DNA of 60,149 nucleotides, filler included, from Nemertoderma westbladi (Eukaryota; Animalia; Xenacoelomorpha), in NCBI GenBank assembly GCA_032718475.1. It is 2 parts of 2 records of this genome, joined end to end, with 100 filler letters (N's around TTAATTAATTAA, not from the genome) between each part and the next. Parts side by side here need not be neighbours in the genome. Positions count along the whole stretch, not along the records: positions 31,872 to 60,149 come from JAUCBJ010006052.1; 1 more part is not named here. One strand, written 5' to 3'. The translations under genes were made by a program, and so were the position numbers. Positions 35,660-48,620 of the stretch are shown in pieces. The stretch's first letter is position 1; each line of letters starts with the position of its first letter. The notes beneath the pieces were generated by a model that had not been told where the DNA came from, searched no databases, and saw only the letters and a program-made list of their open reading frames with translations.

Positions 35660-36999
35660 TTTCTCATTATGTCAACGCTATATTACTAGACTAATTTAAG
35701 TATTTGGTGAAGTGGGATTCATAATTCATCCTTTTACTAAACCGCAATCCAGAACAAATGAATTTATATTCAACTGGCCCAATGTTTTCAATTATTGATG
35801 TTATTGTATATATTATAAGAAAGATAAACAATTCTTTTCCATGGACTTAGAAAGAGAGGTGTGTGACTATGCTCATATTTGCCCTGCAACGGAAATTAAT
35901 GGTGCACCTAGTACCTACAGAGTCAATCAACAAATCAATCTACAAATTATGGTGGGGAAGGCAATTATATACCTGCAATGTTTTAACTCATTCCAACCTG
36001 AACGATTTGTTGATGTTCTTAATAAGGCCAGCTGATGACGATGAATTGGTAACTTCAAACGGCCGTACCCAGTGTATGTTTTCATGGACTAATCCAGTTT
36101 CTCAATTCACACCATTATCTAGTAATAGTACCATGAGCAATAATTGGAGTCTGCTATCGATCCAGAACGTTTCTTAAATTCACCATCCCTTCCATTCCCT
36201 TATTTAATATTGCCAGGCCCAATCTGCTATCTGTTCTGATAAAAATGGGATTACAGGAGTACAGGTTTGAGATGTCCAGTGCGGTTTTTATTGATTCCAT
36301 CGGATTCAGGACCCTCATAAACCCGTATAACACATGAAACAAGATGATTCTATCTATTGATCAATTTGCTTATTTTCAAAAATTTGGTGCTGGCACAACA
36401 ATTTTAAACCACCAGCGAAAAATACAAGTTTGAAAACTCTTAAGCAAATTTTACTTATTCCATTGAATTCAGAACCCTCACAAACCCGTATAATGCAAGA
36501 AACAAGGTGACACAATCAATTTATATATTTGATAGTTTGCAAAATTTGGTGCTAGCACCAAATTTAGCACCCACTTCTGAAAAATACAAGTTTGAGATGT
36601 CTAGTTGGATAATTATTTATTCCATTTAATTCAGAACTGCCATAAACCTCTAAAACGTGTGCAAAATGTTGTCACAAGTAATACCGCTAGAGTACAATGT
36701 ATATGTCAATGTATATAATATCTGTAATATAGTATATAGTAATAATATACTCTACTACAATAATAATCTGGTACTGGTAAACAGCTTACTGTATGATTTT
36801 GATCATAATACTGTACTCCTGCAGTCATCATAAAACATTCATAGCTATAATAGTTACAATATATATAAATATAATTATATTTGATTCTAATGGTTTCTAA
36901 TTCTGATTACTTCCCCAATATTCTAATGGGGAAGTGTACTTACTATACATGGAAACATCCCCCTAAATACACTTCAGATGAATTGACAAAATGCAGTAA

Positions 37000-37353
37000 G
37001 TGTGTAAATAGGGGCCAGGAAACGTCTATAAAGTTTCAAAGGAAACTTACATTCCCTTAGAGACACTATGGCAAAATGTTCTACATAGCCCCATGCGTGT
37101 TGGTTCTGGAGGAATAACAGTCCTGACTAAGGAGAAGTTAATAGTTGAAGATGTTATATTTAGTGCTAAGTGTGGATTTCCAATGGATCGAAGTGATGTC
37201 CTCAAAATGGTAAAGTCATTTCTTGATTCGACAAGGGTAGAAAATTCGACACTTAAGAATAATCGATTTGGGAAAGACTGGAAGCATGGATTTGAGAACC
37301 ATTGGAAGGATACACTTAGTAAATTCAAACCAGAGTTGCTAACCACAGCATGA
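37000..37353 (+). pseudogene. pogo/CENP-B-like transposase fragment
   Basis: YKVSKETYIPLETL, then AKCGFPMDRSDVLKMVKSFLD...NNRFGKDWKHGF. Confidence 0.65.
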
Positions 37354-37589
37354 GCACATGGATGGGATCTCACAACCTGTCTGTGACCAATTTTGGGGGA
37401 CATATGAGAAGATATTAAAATATAATAATTTGTTTTAACGATTTGACATCCATGTTCAAGTATATTATTATTACAATATAATTTAGTGAACAGGACGATG
37501 GATGAAAGAAATATTAATAATATTTTGTATTTTATATTATATATTTTTAATATAAATCCTACCATCATATGTCGAATTGTCCAAATATT

Positions 37590-38590
37590 AAACATATAAT
37601 AGATGGCGGTTATCTTCTTCATACTATGCCATGGCAAGTTGGGTCTACTTATTACAATATCTGCAAGATGTCTGTCAACTATCTAGGAAGTAAGTTTGGA
37701 AAAGCCCATGTGATATTCGATGGATATCCTGATGAACCAACAACAAAGGATATAATTACAATGCCAAGTGAAGTGCTTATAAAACATGGTTCAACTATTG
37801 AACAAGCAATATCCGATGTAGATTTTCTAATTGCTATAACTGTTATTACAAGTACAGAAACGTCATCGACAATTGTTATTGGTCATGATTGGTCTTCTTC
37901 ACCAAGCAAGTATATAATCTGCAAAGTTATGTCCACTTATATATCAAACAGTACCCACACAAAATGTGTCCAACAAAGTCAGTGAAGGTGTGGAATATTA
38001 TTGATTATGTTACCGATTTAGGCTCAGAAGTGTGCAGTTCTTTACTGTTTATTCACTCATTGGTAGGATGAGACCACTACTTCACTAATACATCTCAAAT
38101 CTCTGCCACTAAAGAGAGTAAAGGATGGTGATGTAACATTATTAGAATTTGCAGCAGTATTCTATAATCAGTCTTCAGGTAAAGCTTATATAGTGTTTGC
38201 AGATTAAAATGCATTAATATGTTTATTAAACAGAAAACATAATAATAGTTTGTATATTTTGCGGCACAGATGGTTTTGTAAAACAATTGCAAAGGCAGGC
38301 AGCCATGTCAAACCCCAAATGTTGCCTCTAACTTGCTCAGCTGCAAAGTACCACAGCTATCGTGTATACCTCCAGATTCAGGTATGGAAAGGAAGATCCG
38401 ATTTAAATCCAACAGAATGGGGTTGGAAGCTAATAGATGGAAAGCTTCTTCCTGTAACAACCGTTCTGCCACCTGCACCACCTGAGACAGTTATGCCACA
38501 CTAGCATGAAGCTGCAGAAAGCATAACATTTCCTGCTTAATTGCCTGTGGAATATGTAAGGGGGAGGGAGGACTGCAAAAACAATCAAGA
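37590..38590 (+). pseudogene. Academ (AcademX)-like transposon fragment: XPG/PIN-like nuclease and Cys-rich tail
   Basis: IIDGGYLLH..W..G.TY, VIFDGY.D.PTTKD and LPLT..AAKYHSYRVYLQIQVW..LNPTEWGW..LLPVTT.LPPAP, followed by a Cys-rich remnant, with stops and frameshifts. Confidence 0.55.
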
Positions 38591-38839
38591 TCCGTTACTT
38601 GCACTTAGTGGTGGTGATATTGATGATGGAGTGGTTGATTAAATAAGCCTACCAAACAAATCCATATAATCATTAATTTATTAAATTGTTGATTTTGTAC
38701 CGGTATACATTACTCCAATATATATTTGTTATCAACTATATATTATATACCATATATGTATGCAACCATATATATTTCAATATAGAATATCGGTATCTAA
38801 ATTTAACATATAAAAGATAATATATAATTAAATATAATA

Positions 38840-39137
38840 CTATTATAGGAACAGGTCACAGGATTACCTGCCAGAACAAGATTAAATATTATAAATTTTA
38901 AAGGGAAATCAAGAAATAGAAGTGGTGTTCATAAAAAGGTTAGGGTGAATTGGTACTGTGGCATTGTCTTCAAGTTGCCTTAGTTCCCCCGGGTTCTATT
39001 TCTATTGCAAGAGGTCCTAGTGCTCATGAAAGTCCCTTTAGGAATTAAATTGGTAAAATTTAAACCATCAATTTTCAGCAATTAACAATTAACCCTTTCA
39101 TGTTGGTGCACAGGCATTGCCTGCGCAGCGCATAGGT
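38840..39137 (+). repeat. ~300-bp direct repeat, copy 2
   Basis: Matches 35314-35659 but has a single copy of the 22-mer. Confidence 0.88.
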
Positions 39138-39379
39138 GTTCGGCACACTGACATTGCCCGCGCTATATATTACTTTATTATAGATCATACAAAATTAAAT
39201 AGCTGGGGACAGCCTTGCCTTAAATGCAGGCTATAAATAGAATATTACATGCTATACTGTAAACTGATTGGTCAATTCAACATGCTTTTACAACAGGGAA
39301 ATGGTTACAATGTACTGTAGATTATAGGCACAGTATACTGTATGATTACAACTCTTGTAGCCTATTGTTCACCCTTATA

Positions 39380-39769
39380 TACTACTACTACTACTAGGAT
39401 CGGCATGCTGCATTGCAGCTGCATTTTTAAGAATGCTGTGCCGGCTTGTCAACAAAATTGCACCGCCACAAGTCCCTATCACCCATGACATTTGCTAGAT
39501 CATCCGCATCTTCAAGGCCAGTGTCCTTTAAGATGCGTCTCAAGAAAGTCATGGGCTGTCCACCATGCTTATTCACTCCATGAGGCTGCCAAAGTACAAG
39601 ATTATGCACCTGCTGGTCCTCACGGCGAAAGCAATGTCCTGCAAAGCGGAGGCGATTTTGTTCTAGTGTCAAGCTTGGGGGAACCAATAAGACACCTCCA
39701 ATGTTATATAGTGTCTGGTTGGAGATGTGTGCATTGTACTTGACACAATGAACCCGGCGTAGCATTCTT
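39380..39769 (-). mobile_element. 5'-truncated RTE-like LINE 3' end with (TAG)n tail
   Basis: Nearly identical reverse complement of 53110-53485. Encodes RLRFAGHCFR and ends atcctagtagtagtagt. Confidence 0.85.
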
Positions 39770-41349
39770 GTTTATAAGAGTAAAATGCTTTCCCACGTTA
39801 TTGCATTATTATGACTTTAGTCAGTCAGTCAGTCATAATTTATATATTTTATAATTAGCTCCCCACCCCCCACCCCCCTTTCGTTAGCGTACAGTATACT
39901 TTATAATGGAACCATATCCAAAGAGGCATTTTTGCAATACGAAAATACCACAGGTATGATATGAACTATATCTGACGAAGATGGCCTGTGATTCCCAAGT
40001 ATCGGAATCCGAATCATTGGATGAGTCTGTATGCATAACCGGGCATAAACCGGAGGTTCCCTAATCTGAATGTTGACGTATTGCTGAATTGACTAAAGCT
40101 GTAAAGCCAAGATGTTAACGGAGATTTCGTTGAAGAGAAATTAGGTTGTTAATACATAATAATATAATAATAATCTCAATAAACAGATAAACAGTTAACG
40201 GAATCTCGTAACAAATGGTGAAGTTAGGGCATCATATATATAGATAGGTACTGGTACGGAAACAAACAACTTCTACACATAGGGCTGATTGCTATATTTA
40301 GAATGCAACAATGAATCTTGTTACCGGTACGACTTTTACTGATAAAGAAAAAAGAGGGTTAACAATAATTAGGTCCTAAATGCTAAAAGTATATCGATTC
40401 GAATACAGAGTCAAGTAGTAGTGATAATTCTCCCGAAACTGCTATCACTTCAACATTTGATAGAAAAGATACCCGTAACAGGTAAACAACAATGTCTGTC
40501 CCTGCGCTGTGTTTGGTGTTGAGAGAACGTAGCGAATGGTGTTCGTCCAATAGATACCAGATACAGATGTAGTGTATGTCCCCAAAAGCCAGTACTACAT
40601 TTGGAGAACTGCTTTGAGGCATATCATAATATGCTGTAGGCCCTACACTCTACAGTGACTTAGACTTCATGTTAGATTGTCAGTTCTAAATTACAGCACA
40701 TGTTCACGCAACCTATTTCATTCAATTTGGCACCCGCAAAAGCCTCTATATACAAAATTGTGCGCAATTATGTTCTAGTTATATAGTATTTGTTGATATT
40801 TGATATTATTTGATTTGATAAGTGACAAAAGTGATACATTGCTTAAAGTATCACAAACATGCGTTCACGGAATCTAAAAACGATTTTATTGGAATCAGCA
40901 CCCTCGAAAACCACAAGGAGCAAAATATTGTCTCAAAACTCCAAATAACTTTTCATGTAAATTAAATACCGGTAAACCTACTGACCTACAGTCTGATAGT
41001 AGTCTAGTGCTGCAGTGGTCGTAACAAGAGTGGCTGGAAACAGAACCATATTAGAGTTCCGGTACTACCAGATTACAGAGCAGCAAATAGAGTGGAGGTC
41101 AAAACCCTATTTGTTTCAAGTAATTCACTATTTCAGTGGCTGAACTAATATAAAAATATTGTTTATTATTTTGGTTAGGCCTATAAAAGACTGCCTCTGT
41201 CAGTCTGTACTGTAACCTGTGTTGTATTGTATGTCTGTCTAGACCATGCATCCAGTTAGGCTGTGTGTGTATAGTGTCTGAGATACGATAGAGTGCATCA
41301 CACTGATCATCTAGATAACTTCAATATTCAAATACATCAAATACAAATA

Positions 41350-41995
41350 CTAATAACTTTTTAGAGATCCTGAATTGCTGTAACAGCACCATGAATGAGC
41401 GTGAGAAAGCCATCATATATCCTGTGTTGCAGAATGGCAGTTACTTTGCCCATTCTGAGAACGTATTGATAGGCATGATGGCTTCAGATGATATCAGCAC
41501 AAGATTGTCGGAATTTGATACAGTCTACAATATTGCCCATTCTGAGAACGTATTGATAGGCATGATGGCTTCAGATGATATCAGCACAAGATTGTCGGAA
41601 TTTGATACAGTCTACAATATTCGAGTGTCTACATTGGCAGAGGAGCCTAAAGAGAGACGAGTCTTCACAAAACCAAGCATAACTTGTCAAGAATTGTCCT
41701 TGAATGATTTGTTGAATGCAAACCTGATTAAATATCAACCCCCACTGTTGGCGACAGTTGGTATAACTGAATAGAAGTCTAGACTCAACGATAGACCAAT
41801 TACTGGGCAGATACCCTGTCACTCATAAGGAGTTGAGCGAATAGTTCAATGCGTTTCAAAAGCAGCAGGCCGCGTTCGTGGAGCAGTGCAACGTGACAAA
41901 CTTATAAGATCCCAGTTAGCCAGTAGGAAGTCAATGCCATTGTTCAGATCTAGGAAATATTTCAAGTGCCATTTTACTGGTTCAAAGTCATAATG
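41350..41995 (+). pseudogene. DNA transposase C-terminal fragment (hAT-related; subfamily uncertain) with an internal 87-bp duplication
   Basis: YFAHSENVLIGM, then PCHS*GVERIVQCVSKAA..V.G..RD..IRSQLASRKSMP.F. Confidence 0.55.
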
Positions 41996-42583
41996 ATACG
42001 GTTGAAGAATTATGATTCACTGTTGTATACAGTAGCATAATATATGTTGTTGTATTGTGATGTGTGATGACTTAAGAGTATAAATTAATAAAATGTACAA
42101 AAAATGGAATAATAATGTATTTTCAGTTTCTAGAGATATTTCTCATCCACACTTACACCGACATTACCTTGAGTCACCCTAAGATGCCAATTAGATAATT
42201 TAAAGCACTAAAATATAGACTTAATCTATGTAGTATGGGCCTCAGTCCCAATCCCAATAAACATTAACTTGGTCGTTTTGGCGGCCAAAATGACCAAAAT
42301 CGCCAAAAAAATGCAGTGTATTCCTATGGGCTACTTGGTCGTTTTGGCGAAGCGATTTAACTCGAGTCAGCTCAATCCAGACAGTCTGTCTCATAGGCCA
42401 TCCATTTGGTGGATCTGACTAAATGTCGGCTCGCATTCATTTTTATGATTGACAGATTGTTAACTTACCCGGCGCTGAGCCTTGCAGTACTGGAGTCCGC
42501 CCACTGAGGCATTGATAGAGTACACAGTCTTATAAAAGGAGTTGAATGGGGCTTCGTTAAGGGAGGAGTATGTATTATAATCT

Positions 42584-42790
42584 GAATTAATTTATGGACA
42601 TCCCGAAATTAATTTATGGACGTCCCGAAATTAACTATATGGGCATCCCGAAATTAACTTATGGACGTCCCGAAATTAACTTATGGACGTCCCGAAATTA
42701 ATCTATCAACCAATCAGAATCGTAATGAAATAACTAATTAATGGACGACCATAAATTAATTTCGGGATGTTAATTTCGGAAATTAATTTC
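42584..42790. repeat. ~24-bp tandem repeat (gaaattaatttatggacgtccc) with an inverted copy
   Basis: About 5 tandem copies at 42584-42700; the inverted ccataaattaatttcggga is at about 42750. Confidence 0.8.
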
Positions 42791-43194
42791 AATAATATTT
42801 TTTTTTATAATAAAAATTTTTTTTAATATTTTTTTACAATGTATAATTCGCGGACACTGCGGGGTGATTACAAAACAAAGACCCAATTATAAAGACCTTC
42901 ATAATCTTGTTACATGTGTTAACTTTCGTGAATTGTTTTGAATCCCCCGTCACGCCTCTGTAACTTGCTCCTTTACTAATCTGCAGTGGCATAGTCTGCA
43001 TAGCAATGGTACATAACGCTCATTGTGACCTGTACAAAACAAAGAGGTTAAGTCGCGTTACGTCCCAAAGAGCGTTAGGTTCCAAAGAGCTTTAGGTCCC
43101 ATTGCCAGAGAGCGTGAGGTCACATTGCCATTTAAAGGAGCAGGTTAGTAAAGAAGCAGGTTACAGAGGCGTGTTGGGGAACCAAAACAATAAA

Positions 43195-45165
43195 CTGACG
43201 ATACTGCCTTATATGTTGAAGTAAATAGCCGCAACTCCATATCTTCATCTGAGTCACTTAATCGGGATCTCAATTCCATCTCTCAATGGGGTGCAACTTG
43301 GCTTGTTACTTTTAATGCATCCAAGACTGAGTCTATGGTTCTTTCACATCGGAAAACCAGGGACTCTGGTCACACTGTGTTGTCCTTAAATAATATCCCC
43401 ATTGTTGAGGTTAATGAGCATAAACACCTCGGCTGTATACTGACACCAGACTTAAAGTGGCATTTGCAGATTAATTCCATGATTAGTCGTGCAAGTAGGA
43501 AATTGAACATGTTGCGCTCGGTAAAATATATTGTCAACAGGAAAGCTCTTAATAATATTTATGTTTCATTTATTAGATCTACCTTAGAATACGCTAGTCC
43601 AGTCTGGGATAACTGTTCTGAGGAATTAAACAACTCCCTGGAACTACTGAACAAGGAAGCGATTAGACTAATCTGCAAATTAACAGTATCTTGTTCTTCC
43701 TCTAATTTATATGCTGAGTCTGGACTATGTACTCTGCAAGAGCGCCGAAACTTTCAGAAACTTGTAATTATGTATAAAATGATGAATGGGTCCGCCCCTG
43801 GTCACTTAAGGGCCACTCTCCCCTCAACTTTTAGCAGTATTAGCCAACGGGCCACTCGCAATTCGGCAGACTTGCGTCCTCCTTTTGCTCGGACCAATTT
43901 CTATAAAAATGCGTTCTTACCATCATCAGTAAGGCTATGGAACACATTGCCCATTGAGATCCGTAATTCTGAAACCCTCCAATCCTTCAAAACTAACATA
44001 TACCCCTTTGTATGTAATGTCCACTATGTTCCACCATATTACTTAATGGGTGCGCGCGCCTAGAATAAACGGTTTGTTATCCCGCCTGCGGTGCAATTGT
44101 TCATCTTTAAATTTCGACCTATTTTCAAACTTCATCAAACCATATAAAAGTTGCCAGTGTGGTCACGTTAAAGAGGATGCATTCCATTACTTCTTTGAAT
44201 GTCCTTTGTACCATAACTTCCACCTCATTATGCAAGCCAATATTGTTTCTCTTGGCTTCCGTCCCTCATTGTTTCTATTATTGCAAGGCCCCCAAAATAA
44301 GAATGATCTGAATGGGGCCGAATCAATAATTTATGCAATCACTGATTTCGTTGAGAAGACAGGAAGATTTAACCATTTGGGGTACTAAAATAACAATAAT
44401 AATAATAATAAGCATGATAATTATAATATCAAGTGCCGTAATTTGTTTTAATTTCATTTATAAATTTAAAAATAAATAAAAGTACGTCCTGCTCCAGATT
44501 ACAGACTGTTACCTGAAATTGTATGTAGTTGTTATATTTTTTAATTTATTTTCGTGGAGCCATAGAACGAGTTGGAGGCAACCTGGGTGATTAAACAAAT
44601 TTAACCTGTACAATATTACATTTCATGTTGCAACATGTAGCATTATTCATTGTACGAGCTTCATGTTGCAACATGTAGCATTATTCATTGTACGAGCTAT
44701 TTATTTAGTGCCTATTATACTCATTGCAATACTTAACGCTAATTAATATTACACTAAGAAATTGTAATATTGCATTGTAATAATGTATTTTATATTGAAT
44801 TATTTTGTAATTTGGTTTTGATAATATATAATCGTCTTACTTTTGGGTGTAGTTCTATCTAACTCTAGTATGGATCGTTAGTGCATACCTCTGCAGCAGT
44901 CTGGGCGTGTATGTATGAATGTGTGTGTATGTTTGCGTATGAGTGGTGTGTGTACTGTTTGTATGTATGTGTTCAATGTTCGTATGATATGTGTGCTAGT
45001 TGTATGTCATATTTTTTGATTAAGAATATCAATCTAAAATATATTGGTGCCGGTGCAATTTATACAGTTTATCGTTATGGATGAACGGGCTTAACATAAG
45101 CTTAGGCTTGTTGCCCAATCATCCTCACCAATTGAGGTAAATAAATGTTAAATGGAAATCAATCA
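43195..45165 (+). mobile_element. 5'-truncated CR1/L2-group LINE (RT C-terminus, CCHC tail and 3' UTR)
   Basis: DDTALY..., FNASKT, KHLGCIL, RSTLEYASPVW and FLPSSVRLWNTLP, then a frameshift into CQCGHVKEDAFHYFFECP. Ends with ataaa and short aatc repeats. Confidence 0.85.
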
Positions 45166-45479
45166 ACTATTAATACTAATAATAACAACATAATAATAAT
45201 AAATAATTAAAATTTAATACATATTTTACAGTTTGGAATATGATGGATAACCTAACCTATATTCTGGAGCTCGATGTGGGGGGATCAACTCTGAACTTAT
45301 GTCAGCGACACCGACACCATCAACATGATCCTACTCCCAAGCTGAAAAAAACCCAACCATTGTTGGCACACCAAAACCCACCACCTACAAGAAACACCAA
45401 CCCAAGAGACAACCACAACAAGTAATAAAACCAACTGCCAAACCATCTCAATGGAAGAAAAATAGAAAAAAAGACGCGG

Positions 45480-48400
45480 TAAATGAAAGAGAGTCCAAAC
45501 AGGTGAAAACTGTGAAGAACTGCGACAACAAATGCCAGTTTGGATGTTCAAGGCGCTACTCGTATACAGACTGTCAGTCTATTCATAATTTATTTTATAA
45601 AATACACCGCGAAGATGAATTGGCTGTTGGCAAACACCATGCAAAGCCAAATAGAATGGTAAAGGAGGACCGGCGAGAAAAAGAAGAAATCCTCCTTCTC
45701 TTAATTCCTCCAGATGCCAGAGGGAGATCATTGAAGTAGAATCTGTAAGGATTTATTTTTGTCGAATCTAGATATAAATGCGTCACGGGTATACACCACC
45801 CACAAGAATAAGAATTGTGGTGCAGCAACTGGCGATCGGCGTCATGAAGGAAACCATCATGTTTCTGACACAATGAAGGATGGGGTTCGAGCACACATAC
45901 GTTTGTTTGGTAGCAATGGTAGATTTGCACGACGGAAATATCTACCAGCTCTCCTGAATCCATCCAGGTTGTACCAACAATATGTAGAGTCGTCCCCAGA
46001 GGAGATTACCTGACAGGGGCGGATCCAAGGGGGGGGGGGGGGGGGGGCTAGGGGGCTCAAGCCCCCCCCCCCCCCCCAAAGTTTTATCACTCTAAACCTG
46101 ACGCAGATGCAGCCAGCCAATGTACTGCTACTGCAGAGTTCCTGAGTTTATTCTTTATTCATAAATTAATTTCCCCTACATATTTGTAGTAACATATTCA
46201 CACTAACTGTCTGACAGTAGTACTACCGGTACTGCAATCAGCCATTACAGTCTGCATGACAGTGTGAACTTTAAAATGTTTCAGTTTTGCAGGTAATACA
46301 GTAATATGGTAGCTTACTGTAATACACAACACTGTCAACACATACACCAAAACTGTAACGGTATGGCAGTATGGTATTGGTAGGCCTACTGTAAATAATT
46401 GTAAATCAGTAAATTATATGACTGTACACTGTCAGACTGTGACTGTACCACTGCGAGCTCAGGTTATTTCATCTGTTAATTATTTCTGTTATCACTGTTA
46501 CCGCATTAATTCTGTACCCTAATCATGAAGCAGACTTTAATGGATTTTTTCGGTGCTGCTGAAAAGTCTGCACGTGTGGAGCAAATAGAATCCACAAGTG
46601 CTGTGCAGCAGCCAGCTTGACGGTATTATTGTATTATTACTTGGCGGTATTGATTTAATGCCTCCCCGAGTTGTTGGCCGCCAAACCCAACGTGGTAACA
46701 TCCCTGCATCAGGTGCTGAGGAGTACTTCCGACTCAACGTCTATATTTCCTTGGCTTGACGAACTTATTGGTCAGTTGCAAGACCGATTTATAGAAGATT
46801 GTCCGAAGCAACTACAACTACAGGAGCTAATACCGTCTGTCATTCATGAAGTCTACGAGGGCGACTCAACTAATCAAGATAGTCGAAGACCTAAACCTTG
46901 ATGATGACATGGAGATGCCATTAGATAGAATTTCGGTCGAGATTTCCAGCTGGTGTCGTTTCGCAGCATCTCTAATAGACGAGGATAAGAATTCTACAGA
47001 TATTGCCACGTGGGTGAAGAAGGCCAACGATCGCTTTCTTCCGTCAATTGTATTTCTGCTGCGAATGTTCGGCACACTTCTCATTTCCATAGCCACAACA
47101 GAGCGAACTTTTCCAAGTTGAAACTATTGAAGTCATACCTTAGGGTAACAATGACACAGCAACGATTAACTGGTCTGGCATTAATGTCCATCCATAAACA
47201 AATAATAGTAACTGTAGATGAAATTATTCAGGAGTTTGCAGGACGCCAGGCCCGCCGATTACTCCTTATTTAATTTTGTACAATGTTAGTAGGCCTACAA
47301 TCTCTTGGTAATCTCGTTTTTTAGCTTTATTCTTAATATCCATATAATATGTAATTAAATTCTCAATACTATAGCAATAATTCTCAGATTGTTGTTGTTA
47401 GAAATGTGTGTTGTGTTCCACAAACCTGTACCCAGAAACTTTTTCAGGGGGGGGGGGGGGGGGGGGGGGGGGGGCTGAAAAAGTTTCTGGGTACAGAATG
47501 TTGGCCCCTCCCGAAATAAATTTCTGGATCCGCTCCTGTTACCTGAGGCAATATTACTATATTCAATACCGAGTTCAACATTTCATTCCATTTCCCGCAC
47601 AAAGATATGTGTGTATTATGTGAAGAACATAAGATTTGACACAACGAAAATGATGTTGATGTAGACTTCGAAAATGTAAGTTAATTAAAATTATTCTTAA
47701 ATTGAATACAATAAATGATTATAATTAATTTTAGTTGTAAATTCTAATAACTGTTTAAAAATTATCTAATTATCTTCTGATCTAATAATTCACTCCAATT
47801 CACTTCAATACCTTAACACAAACAATAAACATTCAAGAGCAAAAAAATGGATTTAGAAAATAACCACAATATTTGGCGGAATAAATAAATTTATGTAAAA
47901 AATTTAATACAAATAGAATTATGATTATTTCAAAGTAAAATATAATAGAATTGTTAATTTTTTACTAAATTAGGCCTATGCAATATTTATACTCCTAGAA
48001 ATACAGTACAACGAACACACTATGAAAGAGGCCACAAAGACAATCCATGACGAACATTGGGCATCAGCAAAATGTGTGTTGGTGGTGGATTTCGAAAACG
48101 TCAAAGTAATCCCTATGGCGGGAAGTACCTTCTACCAACATAAACTGAAACAATTTAAATTAACCAGTCACATCAAAACCACAAATAAAAAAAACAGCAA
48201 TAAACATCTTATGGACAGAAGATACGGGATGAAGGGCTGGCAATGATATCGCCAGTGCCCTGGTATCAATCCTGGACGAAACCTTTAAGATTATACCACC
48301 AGCCATGGAAGAACTCACTGTGTGGATGGATAGATGGATTACACAAAATAGGAACAGCTACCTTACCATGGTGGTAAAGTGGTGGCTACAACAACAAACG

Positions 48401-48620
48401 CAGTTACAAACCATGTCCATCCACTACAGCATAGTTGGCCACGGACTTGTCCAGGAAGTGGATAACATCCATTCTCAAAAAGAGAGTAGGTTCCAAGGGA
48501 GGAGAGAGGTGTGGTGCCACTATCCTACTTAAAGATATTTAAAGAAATAAATCAGGAATGGATAGTTAAGCGACTCAGAAGCGCGGAATTCCGGGAATTC
48601 AGCACTATCTTAAGAAATTA
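45480..48620 (+). pseudogene. Degraded DNA transposase (Sola1-like), split by a hAT insertion
   Basis: GDRR..NH.VSD..K..VRAHI..F...RKYLP.L...RLYQQY lies before the insertion. VVDFENV..P..STFYQHKL, NDIASAL, WMD..QNRN and GHGLVQEVDNIHS lie after it. Confidence 0.55.
46014..47538 (+). mobile_element. Internally deleted hAT transposon with TIRs and an 8-bp TSD
   Basis: TIRs CAGGGGCGGATCC and GGATCCGCTCCTG. TSD TTACCTGA at 46006-46013 and 47539-47546. hATC dimerisation motif TTERTF|SKLKLLKSYLRVTMTQQRLTGLALMSIH. Confidence 0.93.
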
